Below, in pieces: positions 1 through 12,409 of a DNA stretch of 64,000 bases. Position 1 is the stretch's first letter; every line of letters begins with the position of its first letter. The stretch is from positions 20,522,001-20,586,000 of the forward strand of contig NC_079166.1 in assembly GCF_947568905.1 (NCBI RefSeq), in the 5' to 3' direction. The notes below the pieces were generated by a model. The model did no database searches. It was given only the letters and a program-made list of their open reading frames with translations, and had not been told where the DNA came from. Source of the stretch: Ostrea edulis (taxonomy: Eukaryota). The translations under genes were made by a program, and so were the position numbers.

Positions 1-1236
1 TATTGACCGGGTATAATTTATTTTTTGACGTAGGCCTGACCTTCCGATAAAAGTTTGATGTCGTCGTCGTTTTGAAATAAACGTAATAACGAATTAACGA
101 TCGATGAAAGTAATATTTTAATGCAGCGTTATTAGAATGTTCAACAGTTTACAATGAAAAGTAGAAGTGTTTGTGCATTTGGAGTTTATTTACGTAGTTT
201 CTTTGGATCTGAGGGCGAGAGGAAATCCTGAGGCACTTTTAATAGGCCTAGCCTAGTAAGTAAAGCTGTTGAGATTTGTTACATTTAATATGCTCCAGAA
301 AAAAGAGACTATGCTTATGAATACTTGGTACCGCAGCATGTCGAAGTACTTTCGATTAGGCTTGTCCAGTAGACGGTCGATTCCTTGTCGATGATAATAG
401 TGTGCACATATTTTTGTTTTCTGATGGTAATTTTTGATTAGTAACAGACCGAGTTGGCATTTTCGTGGCCGGTAACTTGCATTATATTTCAGTGGGGGCA
501 ACATCTTTTAATTTTGCTATAAAAGGAATTCTAAATAGATACAGAATAATAAGTTTTAAGCTTTATTCCATGCATGGATATGCATAAACACAAAAAATAT
601 GTCATCCAAGCGGGGACAGTGTCAAAAGTAGTTCGGACCGGAAGTGCTTTATCAAATGGGTGCTTTATCTCACTTTCAATATACACCACACGTATGAGAT
701 AGATATGTGCATCAACAAATTCCTCTTGAGGATAATTATACACATAATATATTATAACATTGAAGATAAGTGTGAACATTGTTAATTAAGTACAACTTTT
801 AAAAAACACCTTTAAAACATACATGGAGAGGGTTAACATAAAATCCTGCTGCGCTATCCCATTCAATATTGAATAAGATAATGGTTTAATAACAACAACA
901 ACCCCTTCCAGAATAAACAAGATCCTGGAATAACATCGATAACATTGTCTGAAAGTCAACTCTATAATCATCATAAACCTCATCAAGTTCAGCACAAAAC
1001 AACAAGGAACGAACCTTCCAGAAATTTATTTTTGCAAACATTTATTCAATTGTGTGATGGTACATTTACCATTGACCAATTTCAATGGCTAAGCACACTG
1101 AAAACAAATCTAATAAATATGCTATAACTTGCATTTGGCATGGGAAAACGCTAAGCCTTCTTTAACAATCCAAGTAAATTAAACATTGATCTTTTTAGCA
1201 AACTCTTTATTGATCAAAATATTACAAATGACTATA

Positions 1237-1240
<4 letters not shown>

Positions 1241-1286
<46 letters not shown>
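1241..1286. repeat. (TA)n microsatellite; others at about 10534-10576, 25824-25859 and 52827-52864
   Basis: Direct reading. Confidence 0.98.
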
Positions 1287-1292
<6 letters not shown>

Positions 1293-1389
1293 AAATCAGC
1301 CGAACAAAAATATCCTATCGTGCATGTTTATCATTTCTGTTGTGTTTTGTTTGTTGTAATAGGTCTACAAAATACATGTAGATGTACAA

Positions 1390-1889
1390 TAAACAAGATG
1401 CGTTTGTGAAACATTGATGCCCCTGTATGACAGCAAAGTAAGTCTGGTACCGTACCCAAAGAAAGGTCTTGTTACTAGGAATGCACATGTGAAATATGAA
1501 AACTCTATCACTAACCATTCAAAGTTTATGACCATTTTCTACTCTAAAAATTAGGTCAAACTCCAAGGTGACAGTCACAAGGTCAAAAAGTTTATTACTA
1601 AAAGAAAGGTCTTGTCACAAGGAATATACATGTGCAATATGAAAACTCTATCACTAACCATTCAAAGTTTATGACCATTTTCTACTCTAAGAATTAGGTC
1701 AAATTCCAAGGTGACAGTCACAAGGTCAAAATGTTTATTACTAAAAGAAAGGTATTGTCACAAGGAATACAAAACCCTATCACCATTCATTCAAAAGTTC
1801 TGGCCAAGGTTAACGTTTTTGCAAACAAACAGATGGACAGAATGAAAAAAAAAATGCTCCCAAATATCCGATTTCTGGGGCATAAAAAT
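1390..1889 (-). mobile_element. HINE/DINE-1-like non-autonomous rolling-circle element with internal ~143-bp tandem repeats
   Basis: atgcccc (about 1418) and ggggcat (about 1877) subterminal IRs, a terminal hairpin, aacaag and aaaaa ends, and repeats starting at 1458, 1601 and 1744. Confidence 0.7.
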
Positions 1890-3274
1890 ATTGGTCTCTG
1901 TTTTCAAGCCTATTGATACAGTAAAATGCTAGAAAATGCAAAGAGGTGATTGATCAGACGGTTTCTATGACATACATTATACCTGTGCATGTATGTAGCT
2001 CATGATTTCCCTGACCAACACACACAATTTATTTTGGCACCAAGGTGTTGGCTATCCTACAGAACTCCACGCTATCATCAATCACCATGGCTGATTATGT
2101 AATCTTAATGCATTTTTCTTCTTCACTTTTCATTTTCAGAAAGACATGTGGTAATACGGAACTTTCGGGATGTGTTGGAACGACCGATTATATTTGACGT
2201 TTATACATGTACATCACGGTCACGTGATAATAACCAATTGTAGGGCAAAGTTGACATAGATATAAATGGTGTTTCGCTAGCAGAAGGTCAGTAAAGAGCT
2301 ATACGCTGTCCTATGCTGACGATCCAAGTCACTATTGGCGCTTAGTACCTGGGTGTAAATTAGATGGAAGGGAAAAGGCGCATTTAGACGCATATCATTG
2401 GATGCAAGACATGAAGTTTTACCGATATCCTAAATATATTCCCTATGTTTATTTCCTTCGCCAACTCACATAATTTAATCAAATGCATTTTCCTTCAAAA
2501 TGGTTGTAGTGATTTCTTTCTTTCAAAGGTAGCATTTAAATGCAAGAATTTAATAACAAATTAAGTATCCATGCTTAATTACGTAGTTGTTATTGTAATC
2601 CGGAAGTGATTACGTTCAACGCGCGATAAAAGTCAGAGTGAATCCGTATCTCGAAAGTCCCGTATTGATATTGTTTTTCGCTATGAAACACAAAGCTCAG
2701 GTGTATATAGTCACTGTTTATTGAATGATACTATCAATGAAGTATGTGAAAATGGTGTTCGATTACGCCCGTTTGTTCTTCAGTTTCTAAAGCATAGCGT
2801 GGGTAATATATTGAACTCTATCCTCGTTTTAAAGAAATTCTTCATTTTCTGACGTCATACTAACGGTTACAGTCAGTTCTATATCCATTTATTTATCTCA
2901 GAGAGACACAAGTTTATACATAATGCAGTATTTTTTTTTTAGACTTTCGAATCTTATATCATCTATTGTCATCTATTTCTGTGATAGGACGTAGAATACC
3001 CAGATAACGCCATTGGTGGAAGCGAAGATTGGGTGCGATTTCTGACGTTTCAATAGACAGTACCTTTAATTAACAAAAATATACCTACTCGTTATGAAAA
3101 TCAATAAAATCAATAAATGAATCAATCATAATGATTTTAATTGCAATAAGGATGACTAACGTAGGAAGGTTTCTGAAATATAGAATTAGGTGTCTATGAT
3201 AATTGTCGATAGCGATATACCCTGACTTCGTATTTCACTGGGATTGGCTTTTAACATATATTCCATCTACAACA

Positions 3275-3397
3275 TCATGTTCTGTTCAGGACTAATTTAA
3301 CTTCTGCAATATACTGGTCATCGTTCTTTCTTTTCCTGAATGGACTTTTCAAAAAGTTCGCCATTGAGGGAATAGAAATCAGCCGTTGGTAGTATTT
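3275..3397 (-). CDS. GSTA: GST coding exon 6, terminal (KYYQRLISIPSMANFLKSPFRKRKNDDQYIAEVKLVLNRT*)
   Basis: 123-nt exon with acceptor tttttttcttgcag, ending in TGA. The spliced product is 218 aa with all phases consistent. Confidence 0.9.
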   Translation of the reverse strand, partial: KYYQRLISIPSMANFLKSPFRKRKNDDQYIAEVKLVLNRT

Positions 3398-4290
3398 CTG
3401 CAAGAAAAAAAATATAAACATGGAACGGTGAATATAAACATTGATCAATCTCGTAACTTCCATAACGAATACAGAATTAGGGGTAGGGCTAATACAGACC
3501 CCTGGGTACCTAAGAGGAGTAAGCATCCCCTGTTCACCTGTCACATCAGCCGTGAGTCCTACATTTCGAACGGGTAAACGGAGTAATTCGTAGTCAAAAT
3601 CAGTGTGTAAAGAATGACCTCAATTGGTATGCAAAATGTCAGATAGAATTTTACACAATGACAGGTTGCATTGGTATATTAGATCGGTATAACGACTTCA
3701 AAATGTGCAACATGCCGACTTTAAACGAGATAATTGAAACTCCTGTAACATCAGTTTATTTGTCATTAGTCTGCCTTTATTTAAACATGTCAAAGAACTC
3801 ATTACACAATTTTAAAAATCAACTTCCGATATGTACTTTGTGCTTACTCACCCCTTTCCAACTTTTAAAACTTTGTATCAGTCAAGCCGAAAGCCTACTT
3901 CAAAGAGGAGGCGAATTTTATTGATATGTGGTGACTTTCACGGGGCCTAAGATACCATTTTTAATTATTATGATTAAAGATCTCGGTTATATAATCTGTT
4001 TCGTTTCGGCATGTTTTGTTTCGTTTCGGCATGTTTTGTTTCGTTTCGATAGGTTTCGTTTTGTTTCATTTCCATTTCGGTTCGCACTTTACAGGCACCC
4101 GATTTTATGTAACAATAAATGTAAAGAAATAATAATGTTCTGAAGTACTTTTATAAATATCCTAACTTAAGATGTCCCTAATATATCGATAAACTACACC
4201 CTATGACGTCCTAATGTGATCTTAGGCTATTCCAAACTTTTTTCTTTTCTTCTTCCTCTTAGAATAGAAAAGAAAAGAAGATATGACTGT

Positions 4291-4563
4291 CATATCTTAG
4301 GATTAACCTTAGGACATATCTTAGGATTAATCTTAGGACATATCTTAGGATTAATCTTAGGACATATCTTAGGATTAACCTTAGGACATATCTTAGGATT
4401 AACCTTAGGTCATATCTTAGGATTAACCTTATGACATATCTTAGGATTAACCTTAGGACATATCTTAGGATTAACCTTAGGTCATATCATAGGATTAACC
4501 TTATGACATATCTTAGGATTAACCTTAGGTCATATCTTAGGAATAACCTTAGGACATATCTTA
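4291..4563. repeat. 24-bp minisatellite (catatcttaggattaaccttagga), about 11 copies, in GST intron 5
   Basis: Direct reading. It produces the spurious GHILGLTL ORF. Confidence 0.95.
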
Positions 4564-4611
4564 GTCAAGGTTCATGAACATGCCTACAGTGTATGTAAAT
4601 ATCATAGTCAC

Positions 4612-4746
4612 CTGTACTTCCACGTAGTCATCGAAGAAATGTTCACCTCCGTATTCTATACACATCAGAAGGACCTCCAGGAAGCCTACATCAGCCAGCG
4701 TCAGCGAGTTCCCTACCAAGAATCCGGTTCCATTTTCCTTTAACCT
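4612..4746 (-). CDS. GSTA: GST coding exon 5 (RLKENGTGFLVGNSLTLADVGFLEVLLMCIEYGGEHFFDDYVEVQ)
   Basis: 135-nt exon with the GST C-domain FLVGNSLTLAD motif, acceptor cttttacaacag and donor CAG|GTGACT. Confidence 0.93.
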
Positions 4747-5338
4747 CTGTTGTAAAAGTAGAAAAATCGTTATACTCTCCTGGGTACATTTCTAGGAAGG
4801 AATACAGAAAATAAAGTTTTGCGTAGTAGGTTCCTTTGGGGGTTGTACCCCCCCCCCCCCCCCCCCCCCCCGTTAAACACTTTTAACAAAAACGGATCAT
4901 ATTTTACCATAGTGGGGCCTTGACACACACACCCACCTCTTATTGGGCGGAAAAGGTATAAACATGGGTCGTAACCACCCCATCCCCCTTTGTAAATTTT
5001 CTGGATCCGCCCCTGTTGTATAGGGTTACAATTTTGTGTTTGAAAGAAATGGTAGTATTTGTTTAGTACTGTAATGTTTCATGCTTGGAAAGAATTCAAT
5101 TTCGTACATTGGAAATAGAAAAATAAACACCATAAAAATGTTGAATTCTACAATAGCTGGAAAAAAAGACTTGCTTTTCCCTCGGAATCAGATATAGTCA
5201 TTAAACAATTGGACTTTATAGGAGGCGAATGTAGGTACTTACGCAGACTACAATCACTAAAACAAAGTACTACATGTACTATAAGGAAGTCACAACATTA
5301 TGTGTAATAGGAGATTCATAGTACTATACACATTCTAG

Positions 5339-5490
5339 GAGAGTCCAGTGACTGAATGTACTGTAGGATAGTCAAGTGACTGAATGTACTTTAGGATAGT
5401 CAAGTGACTGAATGTACTTTAGGATAGTCAAGTGACTGAATGTACTTTAAGAGAGTCAAGTGACTGAATGTACTTTAGGAGAGTCAAGGT
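5339..5490. repeat. 28-bp minisatellite (ggatagtcaagtgactgaatgtacttta), about 5 copies
   Basis: Direct reading. Confidence 0.9.
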
Positions 5491-5923
5491 ACTTGTACTG
5501 AAATGTAATACAGGACAGTCAAGGTTGACTCTGTACTAAATTCACTATAGAATATTGAAGTGATGTACTGTAGGAGAGTTGAGGTACATGTACTATAGAG
5601 AGTCATAGTACCACGTGTACCACAGGAAAGTCCAGGTACTACACATATGATAGAAGTGTCATGTGCTATATAGGAGAGCGAAAGTAAAGCATGTAATAAA
5701 AGGTAGTCAATGAAAAAGTACTAGATTTATTTTAGGAGAACCATGATACTACGTGTAGGGGTAGTATTGGAGTGTCAAGTATTAAATGTAGTTTAGAGAA
5801 GTGAAGGTACTATAGGAAAGTCAAGATAGTGCATGTACTAAAGGAGAATATGTATGTACTACGTGTACTATAAGTGTTAGACATCTCATAGGAGAGCTAA
5901 AGTACTAATTGTAAATTCAAACG

Positions 5924-6258
5924 TACTACACATACTGTAGGAGAATAAAAAGTATTACACATACTGTAGGAGAATAAAAAGTACTACACATACTGTAGGC
6001 GAATAAAAAGTATTACACATTCTGTGGGAGAATAAAAAGTACTACAAATACTGTGGGAGAATAAAAAGTACTACACATACTGTGGGAGAAAAAAAAGTAC
6101 TACACCTACTCTGGGAAAATAAAAAGTACTACACATAATGTGGGAGAATAAAAAGTACTACACATATTGTGGGAGAATAAAAAATACTACACATACTGTG
6201 GGAGAATAAAAAGTACTACACATACTGTGGGAGAATAAAAAGTACTACACATACTGTA
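5924..6258. repeat. 29-bp minisatellite (tactacacatactgtgggagaataaaaag), about 11.5 copies
   Basis: Direct reading. Confidence 0.93.
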
Positions 6259-6638
6259 CTATTACAGGAATCAAAGTACTATACTCATTCATACATATGT
6301 ACGGTAGGACAGTCAGCGTACCACATAGGTCACTGTAAGAGAGTACGCCTTATCAATTACTTTCGTTGGAGACATAAAATTGTCACGGAGAGGTGATGAT
6401 GAACTACATTCATAAACTTTAATTTATGAGGGTAGATAAAAGATTTACTACACAAACACGGCTGTATATTGGTTTTTAAATCCTTTTGGCAAACACTACT
6501 TAAATTCAAAGTAAAATGCAGTAACTAAATCACTGTATGAGGTGGCACATTTTGCAAAAGTGATGTTTCGTTGAATTTCTTAACAATTTACGTATCAGTA
6601 GCAATATGGATGGATGGATAGAATAAATACATGTACAT

Positions 6639-6780
6639 NNNNNNNNNNNNNNNNNNNNNNNNNNNNNNNNNNNNNNNNNNNNNNNNNNNNNNNNNNNNNN
6701 NNNNNNNNNNNNNNNNNNNNNNNNNNNNNNNNNNNNNNNNNNNNNNNNNNNNNNNNNNNNNNNNNNNNNNNNNNNNNNNN
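6639..6780. other. Assembly gap (142 N) within GST intron 4
   Basis: Run of n characters. Confidence 1.
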
Positions 6781-6839
6781 GTGGCCTTGGTTGAATATGG
6801 AAGGTTTAGTCATTGTACATGTAGGAAGTAAAGTGTTAC

Positions 6840-6975
6840 CTTTTCCAGCGCAGGGAAATATTTGCTGTCTCCAGCGGCTTTGGCGTCCGCTATAACTTGT
6901 TCTTCGGTTTTCAAAAATTTCAAAGTTAAAAATATATACTGGAAATCTCTTGAGGCATCATAGTACATGTCAATC
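6840..6975 (-). CDS. GSTA: GST coding exon 4 (IDMYYDASRDFQYIFLTLKFLKTEEQVIADAKAAGDSKYFPALEK)
   Basis: 136-nt exon with IDMY and YFPALEK motifs, acceptor tttattcacag and donor AAG|GTAACA. Confidence 0.92.
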
Positions 6976-8134
6976 CTGTGAATAAATATGCCAGGAATTA
7001 ATTAATCAATCTTTCAAATATATGACAGAAGATGGAAGTTTATAAAACTACAGTCCTTCTGTATATTAGATAATTCAGACTATGAAAATATACTTCCACT
7101 CCCCCCTCCCCCCCCCCCAAATCATTTCAAAAAATTCACGACTTAACACTTAAAGTATGCAATACCAACAACAGTACATTTGTTGTTTTATTGAAAAAAA
7201 TATTATTAACGGTCACTCGTTCAAGAACAATAAACAAATCCCCTGCATATTTATACAAAAAAGAATTTTTGTTTTTAAAAATGGTTCATGAAGTTGTTTG
7301 AAGTAGAATTTAGGTGAACTGGCTGTGGATAAACCTCTGTTTCTGGTAAGTATTCAGAAATTATTTTATAAGCAAACACTAGAGAGAAAAGGGCACTTGC
7401 AAACTTTGAAGAATATCCCCTATAAATCTACAATCAAACAAAGGTGTGTGGTTAAATTAGCATATATCTGCATAAAAAGATTGTGAAGTTAAATTTCAAA
7501 CTTATAGGTAGAATCTGGGACTGACTGAGATGACGTTTTATTACCGATGGACTTATTAAAACATAAATAAGAGATCTTGTTTAAAACAAAGTTTTGTATG
7601 AAATTCAATTGTTCATAGGAAATATTTTACGCAGGTACTTCGGTTCCTCGCCTAACTATATAAATGTAAATATGTAGTTAAGGAATGAATCGTTTAAACA
7701 ATATAAAGTATGTTGAGGCAGTTTGCGCATTATAAACCACAAACCTGTTTTTATAAAATATTGTAAACTGTCCTAACTTACTTTAGGCCTATATCGTATA
7801 AAATGAATATAAATTACTTACATTTCTTATAATTTATTTTAAAAAACGGATTGGATGTAATTTGATAAACAGTCATGAATAAAGCATCATTTTTGTTGTT
7901 GATGCGGAGTAATATTGTCATGGCAACAGAATGAAACAATTCATGAATGACTTCATTTCACAATAATAACTGCATTGTGACATAAATCCTACGACATCAT
8001 ATGGCGCGATTTCACAACTTTGTTTAAACCATATAAAGAATGTCGACGAAGTAGAATTTAAATCGCGTTGAACAGGTAAAATCAAATTATTCTGTAATAC
8101 AATCTATGATAATGAAGTAAAACAAAATAGCTAC

Positions 8135-8267
8135 ATTGCTGCCATCTTGTCGTCTGCGCTGTAAAGCCCGCCTTTTCTCGCCACGTAGCGAACAATAGCA
8201 CCCGTCTGTACCAATTCCATGTCATCAATCCTCAGTAGCGGCACTTGCTTGAATGAAAGGGCACCAT
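8135..8267 (-). CDS. GSTA: GST coding exon 3 (DGALSFKQVPLLRIDDMELVQTGAIVRYVARKGGLYSADDKMAA)
   Basis: 133-nt exon with the G-site QVP..D..ELVQT.AI motif, acceptor cttttttatag and donor AT|GTAG. Confidence 0.93.
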
Positions 8268-8850
8268 CTATAAAAAAGGAAAAAGAAAGAAATATTAACA
8301 ATAATATTTAGAGCACAAAATTCATAATTACATTTTACAAATTGACAATATTTGTCAATAGAATATTGACAAAAATTACATCATTATTGCTGGAAAAGGT
8401 GAAGGTAACGAACAGTTATCAATCTCATACACTAACTTTCTAGAGAGTCCGCGCTGAGTTTACATCATTGGATTGTGACGTCAATGTTTTGACTGTAACG
8501 GATCTGGAAATTTTCACCCCTCTAGAAATCACTGTCAACCGAGGTGTAGCCGAGGTTGACAATGGTTTTCTCGGGGTGAAAATTTTCAATGTTACCCTCA
8601 ACTACATGCAATATTTATAAATACTTGCCATTTAATGTTCCGCGGTCATCGTGAGAGGGGACTTTTTGAATATTTTCAAATTTGTGAAAATTTAGAGGGG
8701 AAAAATCAAAGTATTGAATGTATTGAGTAAATCTGTGCGTGATAATTTTGACGCAAGAAAAATGCTTTTACTTTGGCAACATTAGCGGGGTGTAATATCT
8801 GTAATTTTACCAATTATTCCAAATGTGCGATCTATTACAAACTTGATTAA

Positions 8851-9015
8851 GTTATTACGACTGTCTGAAGTATTTCCGAGATTTTATCTCGTTATTACGA
8901 CTGTCTGAAGTATTTCCCATATTTTACCCCGTTATTACGACTGTCTGAAGTATTTCCGAGATTTTATCTCGTTATTACGACTGCCTGAAGTACTTCCAAG
9001 ATTTCATCTCGTTAT
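8851..9015. repeat. 40-bp tandem repeat, about 4 copies, in GST intron 2
   Basis: gttattacga occurs at 8851, 8891, 8931 and 8971. Confidence 0.93.
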
Positions 9016-9319
9016 ATTGATTTTTTATCTCATTACGACGTTTGATAGTCGTAAAATTTTACAAGTGATTCTCTCTCTCTCGTTATTACGACTTATTATC
9101 TTGTATTTACATTTTTTTTTACACCACTAGGCTTTCATAGAATTAGGTATTCTCCGTAAATGACTTTTTTTATCCCACGCGATCTACATAACTCGTACTG
9201 CAACGGGAAATTACAAACAGTGTGTGGCTGTAATTATATAGATATTTTATGTACTTTTAACAACTGATGTGTGAAATAAATTCAATGATGCAGAGAATTA
9301 TGTACGTGTATAAATTTAC

Positions 9320-9371
9320 CTTCTAACAAGTTCTCAAACTGTTTTCTCTCCGTTAAAAAACTCTCTGTAAA
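9320..9371 (-). CDS. GSTA: GST coding exon 2 (FTESFLTERKQFENLLE+G)
   Basis: 52-nt exon with acceptor tattatcag and donor G|GTAAAT. The frame joins both neighbouring exons. Confidence 0.9.
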
Positions 9372-9877
9372 CTGATAATAAAAAAGAAGATATTAGGACA
9401 TATTGTTTTAACACGACATACTAATTTGAATTTATGTAATTCTAAATTAATTACATGTCCTCAATGAGTTAAAACCATAATTATAATTAATTCACCAATT
9501 ATTACAAGAGAAGTGTACATTTCAATGTTGATACTGCACATGCCTATGTAGTAATGAATTAAAGATCCTGTTTATATGATTAATGAGATGAAAAATATTC
9601 TGAAGATTAATATACAATGTATTTAGTAAAATTATTTCTCTGTTTCAAGTCAATCACATGTACTTGAATCGCAAAAACCAAGTTAAAGAATATCCATGGC
9701 ATATCGACAGTGATCGAAGTTAACGTTGTAGATGTAAATAAAATAATGTATACATTGTATTCTTTCCTAGGTAGAATGTGTCCATGTCTTAAAGAATGTG
9801 ACATTTAAAAGAAACAGCTTTAATACACACCCCTCTCACCCTACCCCCCAACAAAAAGAAAACAATGTCAAACATAC

Positions 9878-9955
9878 CGGTATTTCTGAGGCAGCCAGCA
9901 TCATACGCACAATCTCTCCCCGACCACGTCCATTAAAGTACACGAGATGCGCCAT
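9878..9955 (-). CDS. GSTA: Glutathione S-transferase, alpha-class-like, coding exon 1 (MAHLVYFNGRGRGEIVRMMLAASEIP)
   Basis: The YFNGRGR motif carries the catalytic Tyr and the alpha-class Arg. The exon ends at donor CCG|GTATGT. An upstream acceptor ttttttttcag at 9990-9991 implies a separate 5'UTR exon. Confidence 0.92.
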
Positions 9956-10529
9956 ACTTGTAAATTTCTGGTCACTTTGCAAAGACGGCCTGAAAAAAAA
10001 CAACAACGAAGGAATTTTAGTCATAAGCGACACTAAATAATCCGCCGGCCAAAGCACACACATAAATCTTTCGTACACATGCACAGCGAGTGGTGAGGGT
10101 AATGTTTAGGTGTATTTTTAGATGGGGAAAAGCATGTCGATACATAAATATTTACACATCATACATGTCAAAATATGCAGTATTATAGAAACACTGACGA
10201 ATGCCTCCACGATATCAAGAACAAATAAATTGCACACCTGGTATCAAATACCCCCGCTTTGTTTAAAATGTCGTGGGATTTCAAATGTTACTTGTAAATA
10301 TGTACAACACCTGTTGAAATAACGTTGTTTTTCCTTATTTCCGTATTTCAATGGTTCATATATCAAAACAAATTGTTCGCTATTATAAGTTTATTACAGA
10401 ATGCGTGGATAAACATCTATACCCAAGTAATTATACGTACATAGATATCGTGAACATTACTTGCGTGTTTAAAATACTTTTGATATTTACACGCATGCTA
10501 ACGGGGCCTTTAATACACGGTCATGTTGG

Positions 10530-10580
<51 letters not shown>

Positions 10581-11280
10581 GACCGATCGCGGGGATCATT
10601 ATGACGCAATTCCTACCTCTTAATGTCTTACCTGTTCTGTAAATAACAGCAAAGGAAAAATTTACGATACAATGTCAATCCATATTGTGGCAGTTTAAAT
10701 GACCTAATGTTTACACCCATCCTTTATCAACTAGAAAGATCTCATTAATTGCCAAACGACTTATACCCGCTATATAATTACGACGTGAGACCCAGCAAAG
10801 TCATTTAATTCAGTTCAAGGTTTAACGAATCATAAGCTGATTAAGGATTTGAAATCTCGGACGGTCTACGGCTCTCGAGCTAAGGAAATCATATGCATTG
10901 TCAGAATAGTCGGCGCTAAAAAGTAATTCAAAAGACGGACCATGGTTAAGGCAGATGGGATTTAAAACATGTAATTATATTGATTTAAATAATCATTTTT
11001 GAAGCAAAAATCGGTGATACACATGTACATATATTACGATTCCAGATAAGTACATGTATATAAGTATGTACAACTTAGTAATGTTAAACGTTATCAGTTT
11101 ATCTATAGGTCCTCTGCACTATATAGTCCGCTCAGTATATTGTCATTTTAAACTAGAATAGGCACGATACGGTCGTTTATTTGCCAGTTTCAGATGATAC
11201 CATTTTCAAATATTCTAGAAAAATGTAGCTAAAGGTTTAAATACACATTCATTACGTAATTCTAATATAAAAACCGATAT

Positions 11281-11567
11281 ACTCTACCCCTGTGTAGTGT
11301 TTTGTAGTACACACACTCTAATCTCCCACACTGTTTACAATTTACTCTACCCCTGTGTAGTGTTTTGTAGTACACACACTCTAATCCCCTGTGTAGCGTT
11401 TTGTAGTACACACACTCTAATCTCCCACACTGTTTACAATTTACTCTACCCCTGTGTAGTGTTTTGTAGTACACACACTCTAATCCCCCACACTGTTTAC
11501 AATTTACTCTACCCCTGTGTAGTGTTTTGTAGTACACACACTCTAATCCCCCACACTGTTTACAATT
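11281..11567. repeat. 63-bp tandem repeat with one internally deleted unit
   Basis: Unit actctacccctgtgtagtgttttgtagtacacacactctaatctcccacactgtttacaattt. Confidence 0.93.
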
Positions 11568-12409
11568 TGAAGTGATGACCTAGATCTGAGATCATGGAAA
11601 TGCAAGTCGAAGAAACTGAAAGTATGCGAACTACTGCAAATTATCAGTTTCTTACCAGTCCAGATTGAGTAGGTAAATATATTTTAGAATTTAGGATATC
11701 GTAAGCTATATGTGTAAATATGAAGTTAATTGATTGAAACGAAACACATGTTGTTTGTCTAACTATAGTTCATGAAATGCAACAAGTTCGAAGTGTGACA
11801 TATGCTACGATAATAAAAGTTAAGATGAAAAACAGCAAGTGTACAACGAATGGGAAGAGAGAGAGAATGTTTCGTTTGGTATGGGTGTGTCATGTCCATT
11901 TTTTCTCTCTCTCATGGCCATCGATGCAATAAAAAATGTTGTGATATTGTATGACTACTTTTTGGCCATGTTCAGTTTGTGAAGAGAACATTACTAGAAG
12001 CGGCTATAAGATAATTATATGACGGCTGCCAGAAACCGGCTTCCATACTATATTCATTACACACACACAAATTAAATATCCACACTTTTTATGGCTTCCT
12101 TCATTAAGTTTGCACAATGACTTGCACAGGTCTTACAAAGTCGATAGTGTTTGTCATAAAAGAATTGAAATTGTAGTGCAATGCTCTATTTCATCGCGCT
12201 GTCTATTTGCGATTTCTTTGTAATCTTAAACGAATTCTAACCTTCGGTGTATAAAAAAACAGTTAAGAATTATACTTTGAAGATCGGTATAGTAATAGTA
12301 AGTAAATATATCGGCAAATTTCAACTTGCAACCTCTATCTTGATTTTTTTTTTCTTCAAATTAACAATATAATTTTTTAAAATTTTTTTTTTTTCAAATT
12401 TAGGGCACT

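Noticed and set aside
253-1127. Short ORFs and a possible 28-nt minus-strand mini-exon (1100-1073)
   Set aside because: There is no recognisable domain and no consistent exon chain could be built.
2139-2197. Calcitonin-like C-x7-C peptide (TCGNTELSGC)
   Set aside because: The frame stops after 18 codons with no C-terminal Pro-Gly amidation or dibasic site, so it is likely chance.
6595-6895. ORFs spanning the N gap
   Set aside because: They are artefacts of undefined bases. The real coding sequence nearby is GST exon 4 on the minus strand.
11262-11575. CxxC-repeat ORF (VNCKQCG), superficially like a zinc finger
   Set aside because: It derives from the 63-bp tandem repeat and is open on both strands for that reason.
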